Assembly (NCBI GenBank): GCA_002476625.1 | Contig: DLLC01000070.1 | Span: 39,651 to 103,650, forward strand | DNA from: Porphyromonadaceae bacterium UBA7572 | GTDB taxonomy: Bacteria; Bacteroidota; Bacteroidia; Bacteroidales; Muribaculaceae | Reading direction: 5' to 3' | Length of the DNA stretch: 64,000 bases | In this document: positions 19,443-29,685 of the stretch, piece by piece | Numbering within the stretch: position 1 is the stretch's first letter | Layout: each line of letters opens with the position of its first letter | Notes under the pieces: model-generated | The model's input: only the letters and a program-made list of their open reading frames with translations | What the model was told of the DNA's origin: nothing | The model's database searches: none | Program-made: the position numbers and the translations under genes

Positions 19443-19823
19443 ATGAAAAACTATAGAAAAATCCTATACGCAATCATCGCCGTGGCATTAGTGGCCATGG
19501 CGATGGTTTACTTTTTATTCGACCCCGCCAGCACTCGCCTCTTTCCAAAATGCGCATTTCTTTCGCTCACCGGACTTAAATGCCCAGGTTGCGGATCACA
19601 GCGAGCCGTGCACGCCCTGCTCCATGCCGATGTGGGCGCGGCATTTCGCTACAATGCCCTGCTCGTGGCCAGCCTGCCCATATTAGCAATGCTGATCACC
19701 AGCCGCCTTTGGCGAAAGCGGCTGCCACGCCTCTACGCCATGCTCAACTCCACCACCTTCATCGCCGCCACAGCCACCACCATCGTGCTATGGTGGATTA
19801 TCCGCAACATCCTCAACTGGTAA
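19443..19823 (+). CDS. DUF2752 membrane protein
   Basis: PKCAFLSLTGLKCPGCGSQRA...AFRYN...WWIIRN. Confidence 0.88.
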   Translation: MKNYRKILYAIIAVALVAMAMVYFLFDPASTRLFPKCAFLSLTGLKCPGCGSQRAVHALLHADVGAAFRYNALLVASLPILAMLITSRLWRKRLPRLYAMLNSTTFIAATATTIVLWWIIRNILNW

Positions 19824-19991
19824 CCCCACCACCACACAGCCGTGCCCGCTCTCGCCTGCGCTTTCCCGTCACGTCCAACACAGCGCACCTGCTGAAAAAT
19901 GCCCCGACTCCTTATTATTTTTTAGGGAATGAAGAAAATTTCGTAAATTAGCCTACATATAAATCGGAGTGAACTATTTACATTAATTAAA

Positions 19992-22754
19992 ATGAACAAA
20001 GAAAGGCTACAACAGCAAGCTGCCGCAAAGTTCGCAAAAGATTGGGAAGGAAAAGGCTACGAAAAGGGGCAAAGCCAAGCCTTTTGGCTTTCATTGCTCT
20101 CTAACGTGTTGGGGGTGAGCGAGCCTGAAAAAATCATCACATTTGAAGACCAAGTACGCATCGACCACACCAGCTTTATCGACGGATTTATCCATACCAC
20201 AAAGGTGATGATAGAGCAAAAGGGACTTGGTAAAGACCTGATGAAGCCAATTCGTCAAAGCGACGGCACCATGCTCACGCCTTTTCAGCAGGCGAAGCGC
20301 TATGCTTCTGAAATCAAATACAGCCAAAGACCAAGATGGATAGTGACCTGCAATTTCAGCACTTTCCATGTTTACGACATGGAATATCCCCAGGACGACC
20401 CTTACGTTATCGAACTCAAGAATTTGGGCAAAGAGTATTACAGGCTCTCTTTCCTGGTTGAAACCGAAGCCGACCACTTGCAAAAAGAGTTTGCCGTGTC
20501 TTTACAAGCCGGAGAGCTGGTAGGGAAACTCTACAATCTACTGCTTGCACAATACGATAAGCCAGACGACGAGTTTACTCTCCGCCAGCTCAACATACTG
20601 TGCGTTCGCCTGGTTTTTTGCCTCTATTGTGAAGATGCGGGAGTTTTTGGCGAGCACGACATGTTTCACAACTATCTTGCGCACTACGCAAGTGACCCAT
20701 CCATGACCCGCGAGGCGCTCATCTCGCTGTTCCGAGAGCTCAACACCCCACCCGAAAAGCGAGACCCATATATGGACGAGAAACTGGCAGCATTCCCATA
20801 CTGCGCCGGAAATCTATTTCAGGAGGAGGTGATAGTACCTCGGCTCACACCAGATATCATCGCCACCTTGCTCGAGCAAGCGTCGCTCGCATTCGACTGG
20901 AGCCAAATTTCACCTACCGTGTTCGGTGCTGTGTTCGAAAGCACACTCAACCCTCTTACCCGGCGCACAGGAGGCATGCACTACACCAGCGTGGAAAACA
21001 TACACAAGGTAATTGACCCTCTATTCCTCAACGGCTTAAAGGAAGAACTGGCTTCTATACGCAGTATCAAAATAAAGAAAAAACGCCAGAAAGCGCTTTA
21101 TGAGTTTCAAGACAAGCTGTCAAAACTCCGTTTCCTCGACCCCGCGTGTGGTAGTGGCAACTTCCTGACCGAAACCTATATATCGCTTCGGCGTCTGGAA
21201 AACGAAGTGATCACCGAGCTCAACAGACGGAACAAAATACTCAACCTTATCAACCCCATAAAAGTGAGCATCAATCAGTTTTATGGCATTGAGATCAACG
21301 ACTTTGCTGCCACGGTTGCCGCTACAGCCCTATGGATCAGCGAAGCACAGATGATGCACGAAACCGAGCGCATCATACAGCGCGATATTGAGTTTCTGCC
21401 TCTAAAAAACTACAGCAACATTCACGAGGCCAACGCCCTCCACACCGACTGGGCACAAGTGTGCCCCAAAGAGCAGATCTCCTACATCATGGGCAACCCG
21501 CCATTCATCGGCGCACGCCTGCAAAGCAAAGATCAAAAAAACGATGTGATTCACACATTTGGCACAAGCTGGCACAATGTGGGCAACTTAGACTATGTGA
21601 GCTGCTGGTATAAAAAAGCCGCCGACATCATGCGCGGCACCAATATTCAGACCGCTTTTGTGAGCACAAGCTCCATTTCCGAGGGCGAGCAGGTGGCCAT
21701 CCTCTGGGAGCCACTGATGGCTGGCGGTATCAATATCAACTTCGCACATCGCACTTTCCGATGGGACAACGAAGCCAGCAATACTGCACATGTTCACTGC
21801 GTGATTGTGGCTTTCTCTTATACCAGCAAACCCAACAAACTTATATTCGATGGCGAAAAGGTGGTAAAAGCCAAAAACATCAACGCCTATCTCATAGACG
21901 CAGAAAATGTGTTCGCAAAAAGTCGCACGAGACCCATTATGCCCGATGTTCCCCAAATTGGAATTGGAAACAAGCCTATTGATGGAGGCAACTATCTTTT
22001 CAAGAATGATGAAATGGAGGCTTTCATAAAGTCAGAACCCGAATCGGCTAAATATTTCCACCCCTGGTATGGCGCGGAAGAGTTTATCCACCAGCGCCCA
22101 CGCTACTGCCTGTGGCTCGGCGACTGCACCCCTGCAGAACTGAGAAACATGCCCCAAGCCCTCAAGCGCGTGGAAAATGTGAGAAAACTACGCTTGGCGA
22201 GCAACAGTGCCGGCACAAGGCAGCTTGCCGACAAGCCCACACACTTCCATGTGGAGAACTTTCCGACAAGCAATTATATTATCATACCCCGTGTCTCCTC
22301 AGAAAAGAGAAGATATATTCCTATGGGGTATTTAGACCACACTTCATTCTCAAGTGATTCAGTGCATATTATTCCAAACGCCTCATTATATCATTTTGGA
22401 GTGCTGGCATCGAGCGTACACATGGCATGGACGAGGGTGGTGTGTGGCAGGCTGGAAACCCGTTACAGATATAGTAAAAACATCGTTTACAACAATTTCC
22501 CTTGGCCAAAAGCGAGCTTGGAGCAGATGGCGAAAATAGAGGCAACGGCAAAAGCCATTCTTGATGCGCGGGCTCTATATCCCGATTCGTCGCTCGCCGA
22601 CCTCTACGATGATGTGACCATGCCCGTCGAGCTTCGCAAAGCTCATGACGCCAACGACAGAGCCGTGCTTGAAGCCTACGGCATTCCGAAAGACACCACA
22701 GAGCCTGACATCGTGGCTCACCTGTTCTCTAAATTGAAAGCCGCTAACAGATAG
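19992..22754 (+). CDS. MmeI-like Type IIL fused restriction endonuclease / m6A methyltransferase
   Basis: N-terminal IDG...IEQK nuclease motif; GMHYTS; FLDPACGSGNFL (motif I); GNPPF (motif IV); C-terminal RYRYS...YNNFPWP...LADLYD...LRKAH; 920 aa. Confidence 0.9.
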   Translation: MNKERLQQQAAAKFAKDWEGKGYEKGQSQAFWLSLLSNVLGVSEPEKIITFEDQVRIDHTSFIDGFIHTTKVMIEQKGLGKDLMKPIRQSDGTMLTPFQQAKRYASEIKYSQRPRWIVTCNFSTFHVYDMEYPQDDPYVIELKNLGKEYYRLSFLVETEADHLQKEFAVSLQAGELVGKLYNLLLAQYDKPDDEFTLRQLNILCVRLVFCLYCEDAGVFGEHDMFHNYLAHYASDPSMTREALISLFRELNTPPEKRDPYMDEKLAAFPYCAGNLFQEEVIVPRLTPDIIATLLEQASLAFDWSQISPTVFGAVFESTLNPLTRRTGGMHYTSVENIHKVIDPLFLNGLKEELASIRSIKIKKKRQKALYEFQDKLSKLRFLDPACGSGNFLTETYISLRRLENEVITELNRRNKILNLINPIKVSINQFYGIEINDFAATVAATALWISEAQMMHETERIIQRDIEFLPLKNYSNIHEANALHTDWAQVCPKEQISYIMGNPPFIGARLQSKDQKNDVIHTFGTSWHNVGNLDYVSCWYKKAADIMRGTNIQTAFVSTSSISEGEQVAILWEPLMAGGININFAHRTFRWDNEASNTAHVHCVIVAFSYTSKPNKLIFDGEKVVKAKNINAYLIDAENVFAKSRTRPIMPDVPQIGIGNKPIDGGNYLFKNDEMEAFIKSEPESAKYFHPWYGAEEFIHQRPRYCLWLGDCTPAELRNMPQALKRVENVRKLRLASNSAGTRQLADKPTHFHVENFPTSNYIIIPRVSSEKRRYIPMGYLDHTSFSSDSVHIIPNASLYHFGVLASSVHMAWTRVVCGRLETRYRYSKNIVYNNFPWPKASLEQMAKIEATAKAILDARALYPDSSLADLYDDVTMPVELRKAHDANDRAVLEAYGIPKDTTEPDIVAHLFSKLKAANR

Positions 22755-22758
22755 CACA

Positions 22759-22797
22759 GAAAAAGCCGGCCCCATAGCAAATGGAACCGGCTTAAAT
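22759..22797. terminator. Probable bidirectional terminator between convergent genes
   Basis: aagccgg/ccggctt stem preceded by an A-run. Confidence 0.55.
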
Positions 22798-22814
22798 TGT
22801 ATCGCTGTCACGGA

Positions 22815-23222
22815 TTATTTTTTGCTTTTAAACTTACGGCTGAATATCACTTTGTCGCTGCTTTTGATAACCACCGTCACGTCTGAAATATCGAAAAGTG
22901 AACAGTAGTCCGACTGCGACTCCACCTCGTCCATGCCGGCATTGACTGCCGCCTTTATTTTCTTCTCACACTCTTTCTTTTCACCATTAACCATAATCAT
23001 GGTGCCTGGCGTCACGGGCTGAACACCCACATTCTTGGCATGCTTGAACACTGTGGACTGAGCTCCGCTCACCACGTAGCTGCCATAGGAAGCGGTGGAA
23101 GTGTCGTCAGAGACAGTGATGTCGAACAGATAGTCGCCAGTCTCCTCCGAGCACGAATTTGCCAAAATGCCCACTGCCACGAGCAGGCACACAAGGAATA
23201 AGTTCTTAACTCTTGTCTTCAT
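22815..23222 (-). CDS. Hypothetical lipoprotein
   Basis: Lipobox ILANSC followed by acidic SEETGD; own TAacTTTG element at 23295-23302. Confidence 0.75.
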   Translation of the reverse strand: MKTRVKNLFLVCLLVAVGILANSCSEETGDYLFDITVSDDTSTASYGSYVVSGAQSTVFKHAKNVGVQPVTPGTMIMVNGEKKECEKKIKAAVNAGMDEVESQSDYCSLFDISDVTVVIKSSDKVIFSRKFKSKK

Positions 23223-23369
23223 AAAAAATAGCTTAATAATTTTATTAGTAGTCGTGTATGTTCTGTGATTTTATAGTAGATGCAACACAGGTGCAAAGTT
23301 ATAGAAAATATTCCAAAGGGCACATCATATATGACGCCTTATTGTGCCATCCATTTACTTATGTGAGAG

Positions 23370-23418
23370 AAAAAAAGCAACTCCGATACCCGCCATACGA
23401 AGCGGAACCGGAGTTGGC
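23370..23418 (-). terminator. Terminator of the por operon
   Basis: caactccg/cggagttg stem with a T-run on the minus strand. Confidence 0.6.
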
Positions 23419-23456
23419 ATTGTTATGAAAAAAGTAATTATCAAAAATAGAAGTGG

Positions 23457-24581
23457 TCACTTGCGGCGATTACGCACACTTCGTGTGGCGCCACTGCTCG
23501 ACTTCACCTCACGCGTCTTCACTTTCGCAGCCTTAGGCTTCTGCTCTTTCTTGGTGGTCTTCTGACTGCTTTTAGAGCCACGCTTGGTAGACGACGACTT
23601 TTTCACCGACTTCTTGTCCTCTGCCACGCTTGCATTCTCATCGTCGGACGACTCGCCGGCTGCTTCACGCTCAGCCTTCTCCTTAGCGGCTTTCTGCGCC
23701 TGAAGTTCTTCACGTGAAGGCACCCACAGACCTTTGTCGAACTGTCGCAGACGGCGTTCTATGCTGTCCTGCGCATGCTTGTAGGCCTTATCGTCGGGGA
23801 ATTGCATACGGAGCGTCTGGTTACGCAGATTCTTCACCTTATAGATGTCGCCAGTGTACATATTAAGTTTGAAGAAGTCGTCGAGGTTGTAGCGGAGCAG
23901 GTTGTTGTCGTTGTCAGTAAACACAAACTGCCGTGCAATGTACGGGCGTATGTCGTTGAGCTTCACCCAGAACATCGGCCACTTTTGCACCACACCAAAC
24001 TCATCCTCACGGTGAAGCACAGGGCAGATGGCCTCCACGCTGCTGCGCATCTTGTTGGTGCGAGTGTCGAACATCCATTTTTCTATAATATAGTAGCTCA
24101 GCACCTCGCTGCCGGGAATGTCGGCGTTTTCAATCACATACTTAGGCGCTTTCTCTGTGCTGCCCTTCGCATGGGCATAGAGAATGTGGAAGCGGTCGAG
24201 CATATTGCTCACCTTGTACTTATAGGCATCGGTAAACATTTCCCTGCCATCAAGCCACTCATACACCGACACGTCGCCGTCTGCCACATGGCGCATGATG
24301 ATATAGAACAGGCTCTCGCCATCCTCATTCGGCTCCTCTGGATAATACAGCGCAGCGTTCTTGCCCTTGGTGAGGTCGATTTCGCGGTACACTATTTTCA
24401 TCCATTGCAAGTCGGCATCGCTCGGCTCAGGCACCTCGTAAAATGCCTGCTGACGCGACGACACTTGCCCCTGACCTTTCTTTGCGGCGGTAGCCGACGT
24501 TTTCTTTACCACCTGTGCATAAGCCACCGCTGAGGTGCATACAATCGCCGCCACGGCCATGATTACTTTTAGAAACTTCAT
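23457..24581 (-). CDS. porN: T9SS/gliding protein PorN (GldN)
   Basis: WMKIVYREIDL...NAALYYP, EKWMFD...AICPV; last gene in porKLMN order. Confidence 0.92.
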   Translation of the reverse strand: MKFLKVIMAVAAIVCTSAVAYAQVVKKTSATAAKKGQGQVSSRQQAFYEVPEPSDADLQWMKIVYREIDLTKGKNAALYYPEEPNEDGESLFYIIMRHVADGDVSVYEWLDGREMFTDAYKYKVSNMLDRFHILYAHAKGSTEKAPKYVIENADIPGSEVLSYYIIEKWMFDTRTNKMRSSVEAICPVLHREDEFGVVQKWPMFWVKLNDIRPYIARQFVFTDNDNNLLRYNLDDFFKLNMYTGDIYKVKNLRNQTLRMQFPDDKAYKHAQDSIERRLRQFDKGLWVPSREELQAQKAAKEKAEREAAGESSDDENASVAEDKKSVKKSSSTKRGSKSSQKTTKKEQKPKAAKVKTREVKSSSGATRSVRNRRK

Positions 24582-24632
24582 ATCTAAAGCGTTGAAATAT
24601 TGTCAATTATATGGTTGAAGTATTTTTAAATA

Positions 24633-26198
24633 TCAATTCACTATCACCTCCATCGGAGCAATGTCGCGGGTCACCCCATCGGGTCCGGTGGCCTTCACAC
24701 GCGAAATGTAGAATCGTTTGCCGTGACGCATCTGCTTCATGGCCTCACGCTGGCGCGGCGAGAAATTGGCACCCGACGAGCGTTCGCTCATGGCATTGCC
24801 CATCTGGTCGAAAAGCACCATCTCAAAACTCACCACACGGAAATCAATCTTCAGCAGGTCGTCGTCGATAGCGGCGTCAAGACCCTTGGCAGCAAGGAGC
24901 GTGCCCTTTGAAAAAGGCTTGCCGCCCTTGTATTTGGCCTGGTGGCCATTGCCGTCGGTATATACGATAAACGGCATCGGGTCGGGCAATTTGCGCACGC
25001 GGAAACTGGTGGTGCCCACATTCGTGCGCTTTCCGTCAATTTCAGCTGTCACGGTGATGGTGCACTCGCTGCCAATGGCAGAAGAGCGTGCCACCCACCC
25101 GTTCCCGGTCTTGGTGAGCGAGCCGTTGGTCATCGACGCCTGGATTGACTGCTGTGGCACACCGGCCACGGCAATCGACACAGGGTTGTCGATACCGGCG
25201 TAGAACACATTCATCATCGTGGCCGACACTGTGGCCATAGGCTCTATGACGGTGTACGACGATTTGAAGTCACGCTTGGTGACACTGCCATCGCGGGCAG
25301 TCACTTCGATATAGCCGGAAAATTCAAAAGTGCCCGTACTGCCGGTAGCCACCTCATAATGGCTGCCGCTAATTTGGCTGCCGTTCACAAACACGCGCGG
25401 ACGCGCAGTGGTGTCGATAGCCGCCATCACAATTTCAGCGGAATACTTGCTTCCGCGCATCACCATCTTTGACTCCGGCACCACAAAGGCCTCGAAGTGG
25501 TTCACACGCAGTTCACCAGTGTCGAGGTTTGATATCATCGAGCCTAACGCCACGCCCTCGGCAAAGCGAATGTCGTTCTGCAGTTTTGAGAGCAGAGTCA
25601 CTGCCGCTATGGCAGGCATCCCCTCAAACAGGCTTTCTTCCCACAGCTTCACACCTTGGTCGGTCTTCACCTTGGCAGTGGACAATGCCTCCTCCACATT
25701 CTTTTGGGCGTCGGGATTATCGAGCAGACCGAGTATGAATGCGCGGTACTGGTCCATCTTGGCGCGCAGCTGTGCGCCCTTCTTGCCCGTGGGCGGAAGC
25801 ATCACCTGTGCTGCGGCATCGAGATTGTCCTCAGCCTGAATGTGGTTCACATCGCCTTGTGGGCCATCGCACAGCTTCACGATTTCCACTTTCAGCGATT
25901 CTATATAGTCGTAAAGGCTGTCGGTGCTGTTACGCACCTGCATACCCAAGTCGAGCCACTGGCGGCCCTGCTTGGGATATTTGTTGTAGAAAGCCTGAAT
26001 CTGCTCAAACATCATCTGGCTTCGCACGGTGAGTGTGCGATTGGTGCGCGAGAGTCCCTGCTGCACTTGGCGGAACCCACTGAGCACATCACTCGACACA
26101 TTCAGGGCAAGCATGGCGGTCAGGACGATATACATCAAGTTGATCATCTTCTGACGTGGCGACATGCGCCCTACCGTTTGGTTTTTAGCGTTTGCCAT
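24633..26198 (-). CDS. porM: T9SS motor protein PorM (GldM)
   Basis: SPRQKMINLMYIVLTAMLALNVS signature. Confidence 0.96.
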   Translation of the reverse strand: MANAKNQTVGRMSPRQKMINLMYIVLTAMLALNVSSDVLSGFRQVQQGLSRTNRTLTVRSQMMFEQIQAFYNKYPKQGRQWLDLGMQVRNSTDSLYDYIESLKVEIVKLCDGPQGDVNHIQAEDNLDAAAQVMLPPTGKKGAQLRAKMDQYRAFILGLLDNPDAQKNVEEALSTAKVKTDQGVKLWEESLFEGMPAIAAVTLLSKLQNDIRFAEGVALGSMISNLDTGELRVNHFEAFVVPESKMVMRGSKYSAEIVMAAIDTTARPRVFVNGSQISGSHYEVATGSTGTFEFSGYIEVTARDGSVTKRDFKSSYTVIEPMATVSATMMNVFYAGIDNPVSIAVAGVPQQSIQASMTNGSLTKTGNGWVARSSAIGSECTITVTAEIDGKRTNVGTTSFRVRKLPDPMPFIVYTDGNGHQAKYKGGKPFSKGTLLAAKGLDAAIDDDLLKIDFRVVSFEMVLFDQMGNAMSERSSGANFSPRQREAMKQMRHGKRFYISRVKATGPDGVTRDIAPMEVIVN

Positions 26199-26200
26199 GC

Positions 26201-27184
26201 TTATTCGTTAGAGTTTTCGTTTTCGTCAAGACTTGCGCCAGGCATACCGCCCATGGGGCGATACATGTTCACGGTCATCGCCTTGATCATTTTTTCATAC
26301 ACGCTGTTGAGCTGCTTCATGTAGCGAGCCATTTTTTCAGTCTCGTCGCAATAGTGCGCGCTCTCTGCCGCCGACTTCTCATACATGTCGCGAATATCCT
26401 TAAGGCCACGATTCACGCGGTCAATGCTGTCGAGCTGCGACGACACGCTCTTCAGCTGAATCTCGTAGATAGTGTTCAAGCCGCTGATGTTGCGGTTGAG
26501 GTTCTCCATCTGCTCCACATAGCCGGTGCTGCTTTGAGTAATGTTCTCGCTGTTTTCCGTGATGGCACGATAGCTGCCGAGGAGCGTTTCCGACACCTGA
26601 TTGAGAGCGGTGGTGGTTTCGTTGAGACGCTGCATCTGTTCGGAGATGCTTGCCATCTGGCTCAGATACTGCTGGGTGGCGTCGGTAAGCTCGGCCATAC
26701 GGCTGAGCTGATCACTTGCGGCAGCCATTTTGGCGATGCTCTCGCTCAATGAGCGGGAGTCGTCCTCCGTGAGCTCGATGCCTTGTGGCAAGCCCACTGC
26801 GGCTTTGGCCTCGGCCTCGGTCACGCCCTGTTGCTGGGCTGGAGCCTGGGCAGTGGCAGCTGCGCCACCGCCTATCACGATGCCACCGCCACCCTCGAAG
26901 TCGGGGCGGTCATCAGGATCGCCGGTGGACAGCACCGGGAACACACGTTCCCACTTATAGTCGTTCTCCGGGCGGTCAAAAGCCGTGAGCACAAACATCA
27001 GCACCTCGGTGCCCATACCGATGGTGAGCATCTCGTTGCCACCTTGCAGGTGAAGAATCTTGAACAGCGCGCCCAAGATCACCACGGCGGCACCTATACT
27101 GTAGGCAAAGTTGAAGAAACGCTGGCCGGTTTCGCCCGACAGAAAGCGTTCCACCACATTTTTATATTTTTTTATTTTTCCCAT
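26201..27184 (-). CDS. porL: T9SS motor protein PorL (GldL)
   Basis: YSIGAAVVILGALFKILH...GMGTE...WERVFP; coiled-coil tail. Confidence 0.96.
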   Translation of the reverse strand: MGKIKKYKNVVERFLSGETGQRFFNFAYSIGAAVVILGALFKILHLQGGNEMLTIGMGTEVLMFVLTAFDRPENDYKWERVFPVLSTGDPDDRPDFEGGGGIVIGGGAAATAQAPAQQQGVTEAEAKAAVGLPQGIELTEDDSRSLSESIAKMAAASDQLSRMAELTDATQQYLSQMASISEQMQRLNETTTALNQVSETLLGSYRAITENSENITQSSTGYVEQMENLNRNISGLNTIYEIQLKSVSSQLDSIDRVNRGLKDIRDMYEKSAAESAHYCDETEKMARYMKQLNSVYEKMIKAMTVNMYRPMGGMPGASLDENENSNE

Positions 27185-27232
27185 GATCGAATTGTATATA
27201 ATCTGCGTTAGGTTGCGAATGGAGTGTATTGA

Positions 27233-28681
27233 TTAGTTTTTCTTTCTTTTCACCTTGGTGTAGCCCACTTTAGAGCGCACACAGCGGAAGCCGATGTAGG
27301 AACGTTGTTCGTTCTGGTACTCCCACATGCGGAGGTCGGCGCGGATATTGTGCGCCACATCTTTCCACGAGCCGCCGCGCACAATCTTGCGCGACATCTT
27401 ATAGGGGTCGTCCTTGGCCACGTTGTAGCGGTATTCGGGGTTGAGGTCGCTGGTCATGCGGTCCACGCTCTCGGTATAGGCGGTCGAGGTCCATTCACTC
27501 ACATTGCCAGCCATGTCATACAGTCCGAAATCGTTAGGCTCATAAGTGCCCACCGGCGCGCACACGATGCTGCCGTCTTTCACATAATTGCCCTCCTGGG
27601 GCTTGAAATTGGCATAGAAGCAGCCCTCGTCTTCCGTGAGCGGAAGGTCTCCTTCCCATGGATACTTGTTCTTGTTCACGCCGGCGCGTGCGGCAAACTC
27701 CCATTCTGCCTCGGTGGGCAGGCGGTAAGGCTCCACATACACGCCCTCTTTGCCGAGAGAGCGGCGCAGGAATTCAGTGCGCCAGTTGCAGAAGGCGTTG
27801 GCCTGCTCCCAGCTCACGCCCACCACGGGATAGTTATTGTAGTTGCCGTTGGCGAAGTACATACGCACGTATGGCTCATTGTAGGCGTTGTCGAAGTCGT
27901 TGACCCAGCATGTAGTGTCGGGGAACACATTCACTATGTAGGTGTTCACAAAATCCCACTGGCCAGATAGCGGACGGTTCACCGTTTGGCGCACGATGCG
28001 GCCATTGTCGTCGATATAGGCGGTGTCCTTGCTGATAGTGGGCACCTCGGCAGGCACAGCGTGGTCGGTATTGTAGTCGCGCGTAGTGGGGTCGATGCGG
28101 TTTTTGCGCTTTACTGCCTCGGTCATGTTATACACCTCATAGCGATAGTTCATCTGAGTGGGGTCGAGCTCCTTTACGCCTGTGATAGGATTCACACGAT
28201 ACACACTTTCAATGGCTCGCTCCTCGTCTTCGCTCGGATTGCGCCAAGGAATATTTTTTGTCCAGTCGAGGTGTGGCTTCACGGGGTCGCCGTATTTGTC
28301 TTCCGTGATTTTAAACTCGTCGTTGCCCCCGTAGGCAGGGTCGGCCAGGCGCTCGCGGATAATGGAGTCGCGCACCCAGTAGAGGAATTGCTTGTACTTG
28401 GAGTTGGTGATTTCGGTCTGATCCATCCAGAAAGCGTCCACACTCACGCCGCGGGCAGTGGAGTCGATGCCCCAGAGCGAATCAGCCTGCGCTGGGCCTT
28501 CCCTCATTGAGCCACAGTCCACGAGCACCATGCCATAAGGCGTAGGCTCCACAAACACGGATCCGCTCACGCCCGTCACCTCGCCACCATAAGCCGATAC
28601 CGACCGGCGTCCAGAGAAGCAGGAGGTGAGCACTGTTGCAAACACGAATGTGGTAAGAAAAATTAAAAGTCCTTTTTTCAT
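27233..28681 (-). CDS. porK: T9SS lipoprotein PorK (GldK)
   Basis: Lipobox VLTSC; FGE-sulfatase-like domain RLPTEAEWEFAAR, GLYDMAGNVSEW, RGGSW; WVRDSIIR. Confidence 0.95.
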   Translation of the reverse strand: MKKGLLIFLTTFVFATVLTSCFSGRRSVSAYGGEVTGVSGSVFVEPTPYGMVLVDCGSMREGPAQADSLWGIDSTARGVSVDAFWMDQTEITNSKYKQFLYWVRDSIIRERLADPAYGGNDEFKITEDKYGDPVKPHLDWTKNIPWRNPSEDEERAIESVYRVNPITGVKELDPTQMNYRYEVYNMTEAVKRKNRIDPTTRDYNTDHAVPAEVPTISKDTAYIDDNGRIVRQTVNRPLSGQWDFVNTYIVNVFPDTTCWVNDFDNAYNEPYVRMYFANGNYNNYPVVGVSWEQANAFCNWRTEFLRRSLGKEGVYVEPYRLPTEAEWEFAARAGVNKNKYPWEGDLPLTEDEGCFYANFKPQEGNYVKDGSIVCAPVGTYEPNDFGLYDMAGNVSEWTSTAYTESVDRMTSDLNPEYRYNVAKDDPYKMSRKIVRGGSWKDVAHNIRADLRMWEYQNEQRSYIGFRCVRSKVGYTKVKRKKN

Positions 28682-28684
28682 ATT

Positions 28685-29662
28685 CTACATTAATCGAATA
28701 CTCTTATGTTTATTTTTGTTTTTTTCGCCTAAGTTCAATTTCACGTTGTAGTTCACAAACACCTCATGGCTGCCCGATGTGGCCTTTGAAATGTCGGAGA
28801 TGGGGTAGTCGTAGGAGTAGCCCACTACAAAATTCTTTATCTCAACCCCCGCCACAAAGCTCACGGCATCTTTATGCCTGTATGAAACTCCACCGGTGAT
28901 AAACCGGTTGTAGCGCACGCGCATAGTGGCCTCTGCCTGGTAAAGGTTGAAATCGGTCTTTACAAACAAGGAGGGCTGTAATTCAAATAACGTGTTTTTT
29001 ACAGGAATATTGCCACCGGCCATAAAATAACACGTGCGCCCCGCCTCGAAGATATAGAGGTCCTCGTCGTTGCCATCGGTTTTCATCTCCACCGATGGCT
29101 GCGTGAGGTGTGTGGCAGAAAAGCCCGCCCACCAGTGCTTGTGCTGGTAGAAGATGCCTGCGCCAAAGTCGAAGGCGTTGCCCGAAACATCGGTCTTGGG
29201 AATGGCGTCGTCGGTCTCGTCGCCCTCCACCTCTATGATTTTAGAGCCCTTGAACTTCTCGTTCACCAGCCCCACCTGAATGCCGCCACTCAGTGTGCCG
29301 CCAAAGAGCTTGTGCTTATAGGCCAGCTGCGCCGAGGCGTTCAGCCCTGAATACAGGCCCATGCTGGTCTGGTTGATTGAAACCCCCGTGGCAAAGCGCT
29401 TGCCCAAAAACTTGAACGGCATATCGGCAAGCCCCACAAACGAGAGAGGGGCGTGCTTAATGCCCACCCACTGCGCGCGGCTGCCCACCGTCACATGAAT
29501 ATAGTCGGTGCCACCAATAGCCGATGGGTTGTAGTAGCCTGGCACCATATAATACTGGGTGTACTGGTTATCGACCTGTGCGGTGGTTGTCGTCGCCGAC
29601 ACCAATGCCACAAGCATCATCAGCAAGTATTTGCGAAATCCAGTACTCATTCCTATTGTCAA
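28685..29662 (-). CDS. porP: PorP/SprF family T9SS beta-barrel
   Basis: QYTQYY...YNPS, RAQWVGIKHAP, GYSYDY, SGSHEV; immediately upstream of porK. Confidence 0.92.
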   Translation of the reverse strand: MTIGMSTGFRKYLLMMLVALVSATTTTAQVDNQYTQYYMVPGYYNPSAIGGTDYIHVTVGSRAQWVGIKHAPLSFVGLADMPFKFLGKRFATGVSINQTSMGLYSGLNASAQLAYKHKLFGGTLSGGIQVGLVNEKFKGSKIIEVEGDETDDAIPKTDVSGNAFDFGAGIFYQHKHWWAGFSATHLTQPSVEMKTDGNDEDLYIFEAGRTCYFMAGGNIPVKNTLFELQPSLFVKTDFNLYQAEATMRVRYNRFITGGVSYRHKDAVSFVAGVEIKNFVVGYSYDYPISDISKATSGSHEVFVNYNVKLNLGEKNKNKHKSIRLM

Positions 29663-29685
29663 TCTGTTGTGCGTGATAAAATTCT

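Noticed and set aside
27233..28681. Formylglycine-generating enzyme acting on the nearby sulfatase-fold protein
   Set aside because: The gene is PorK by lipobox, motifs and porP-K-L-M-N order; the neighbour is a pEtN transferase
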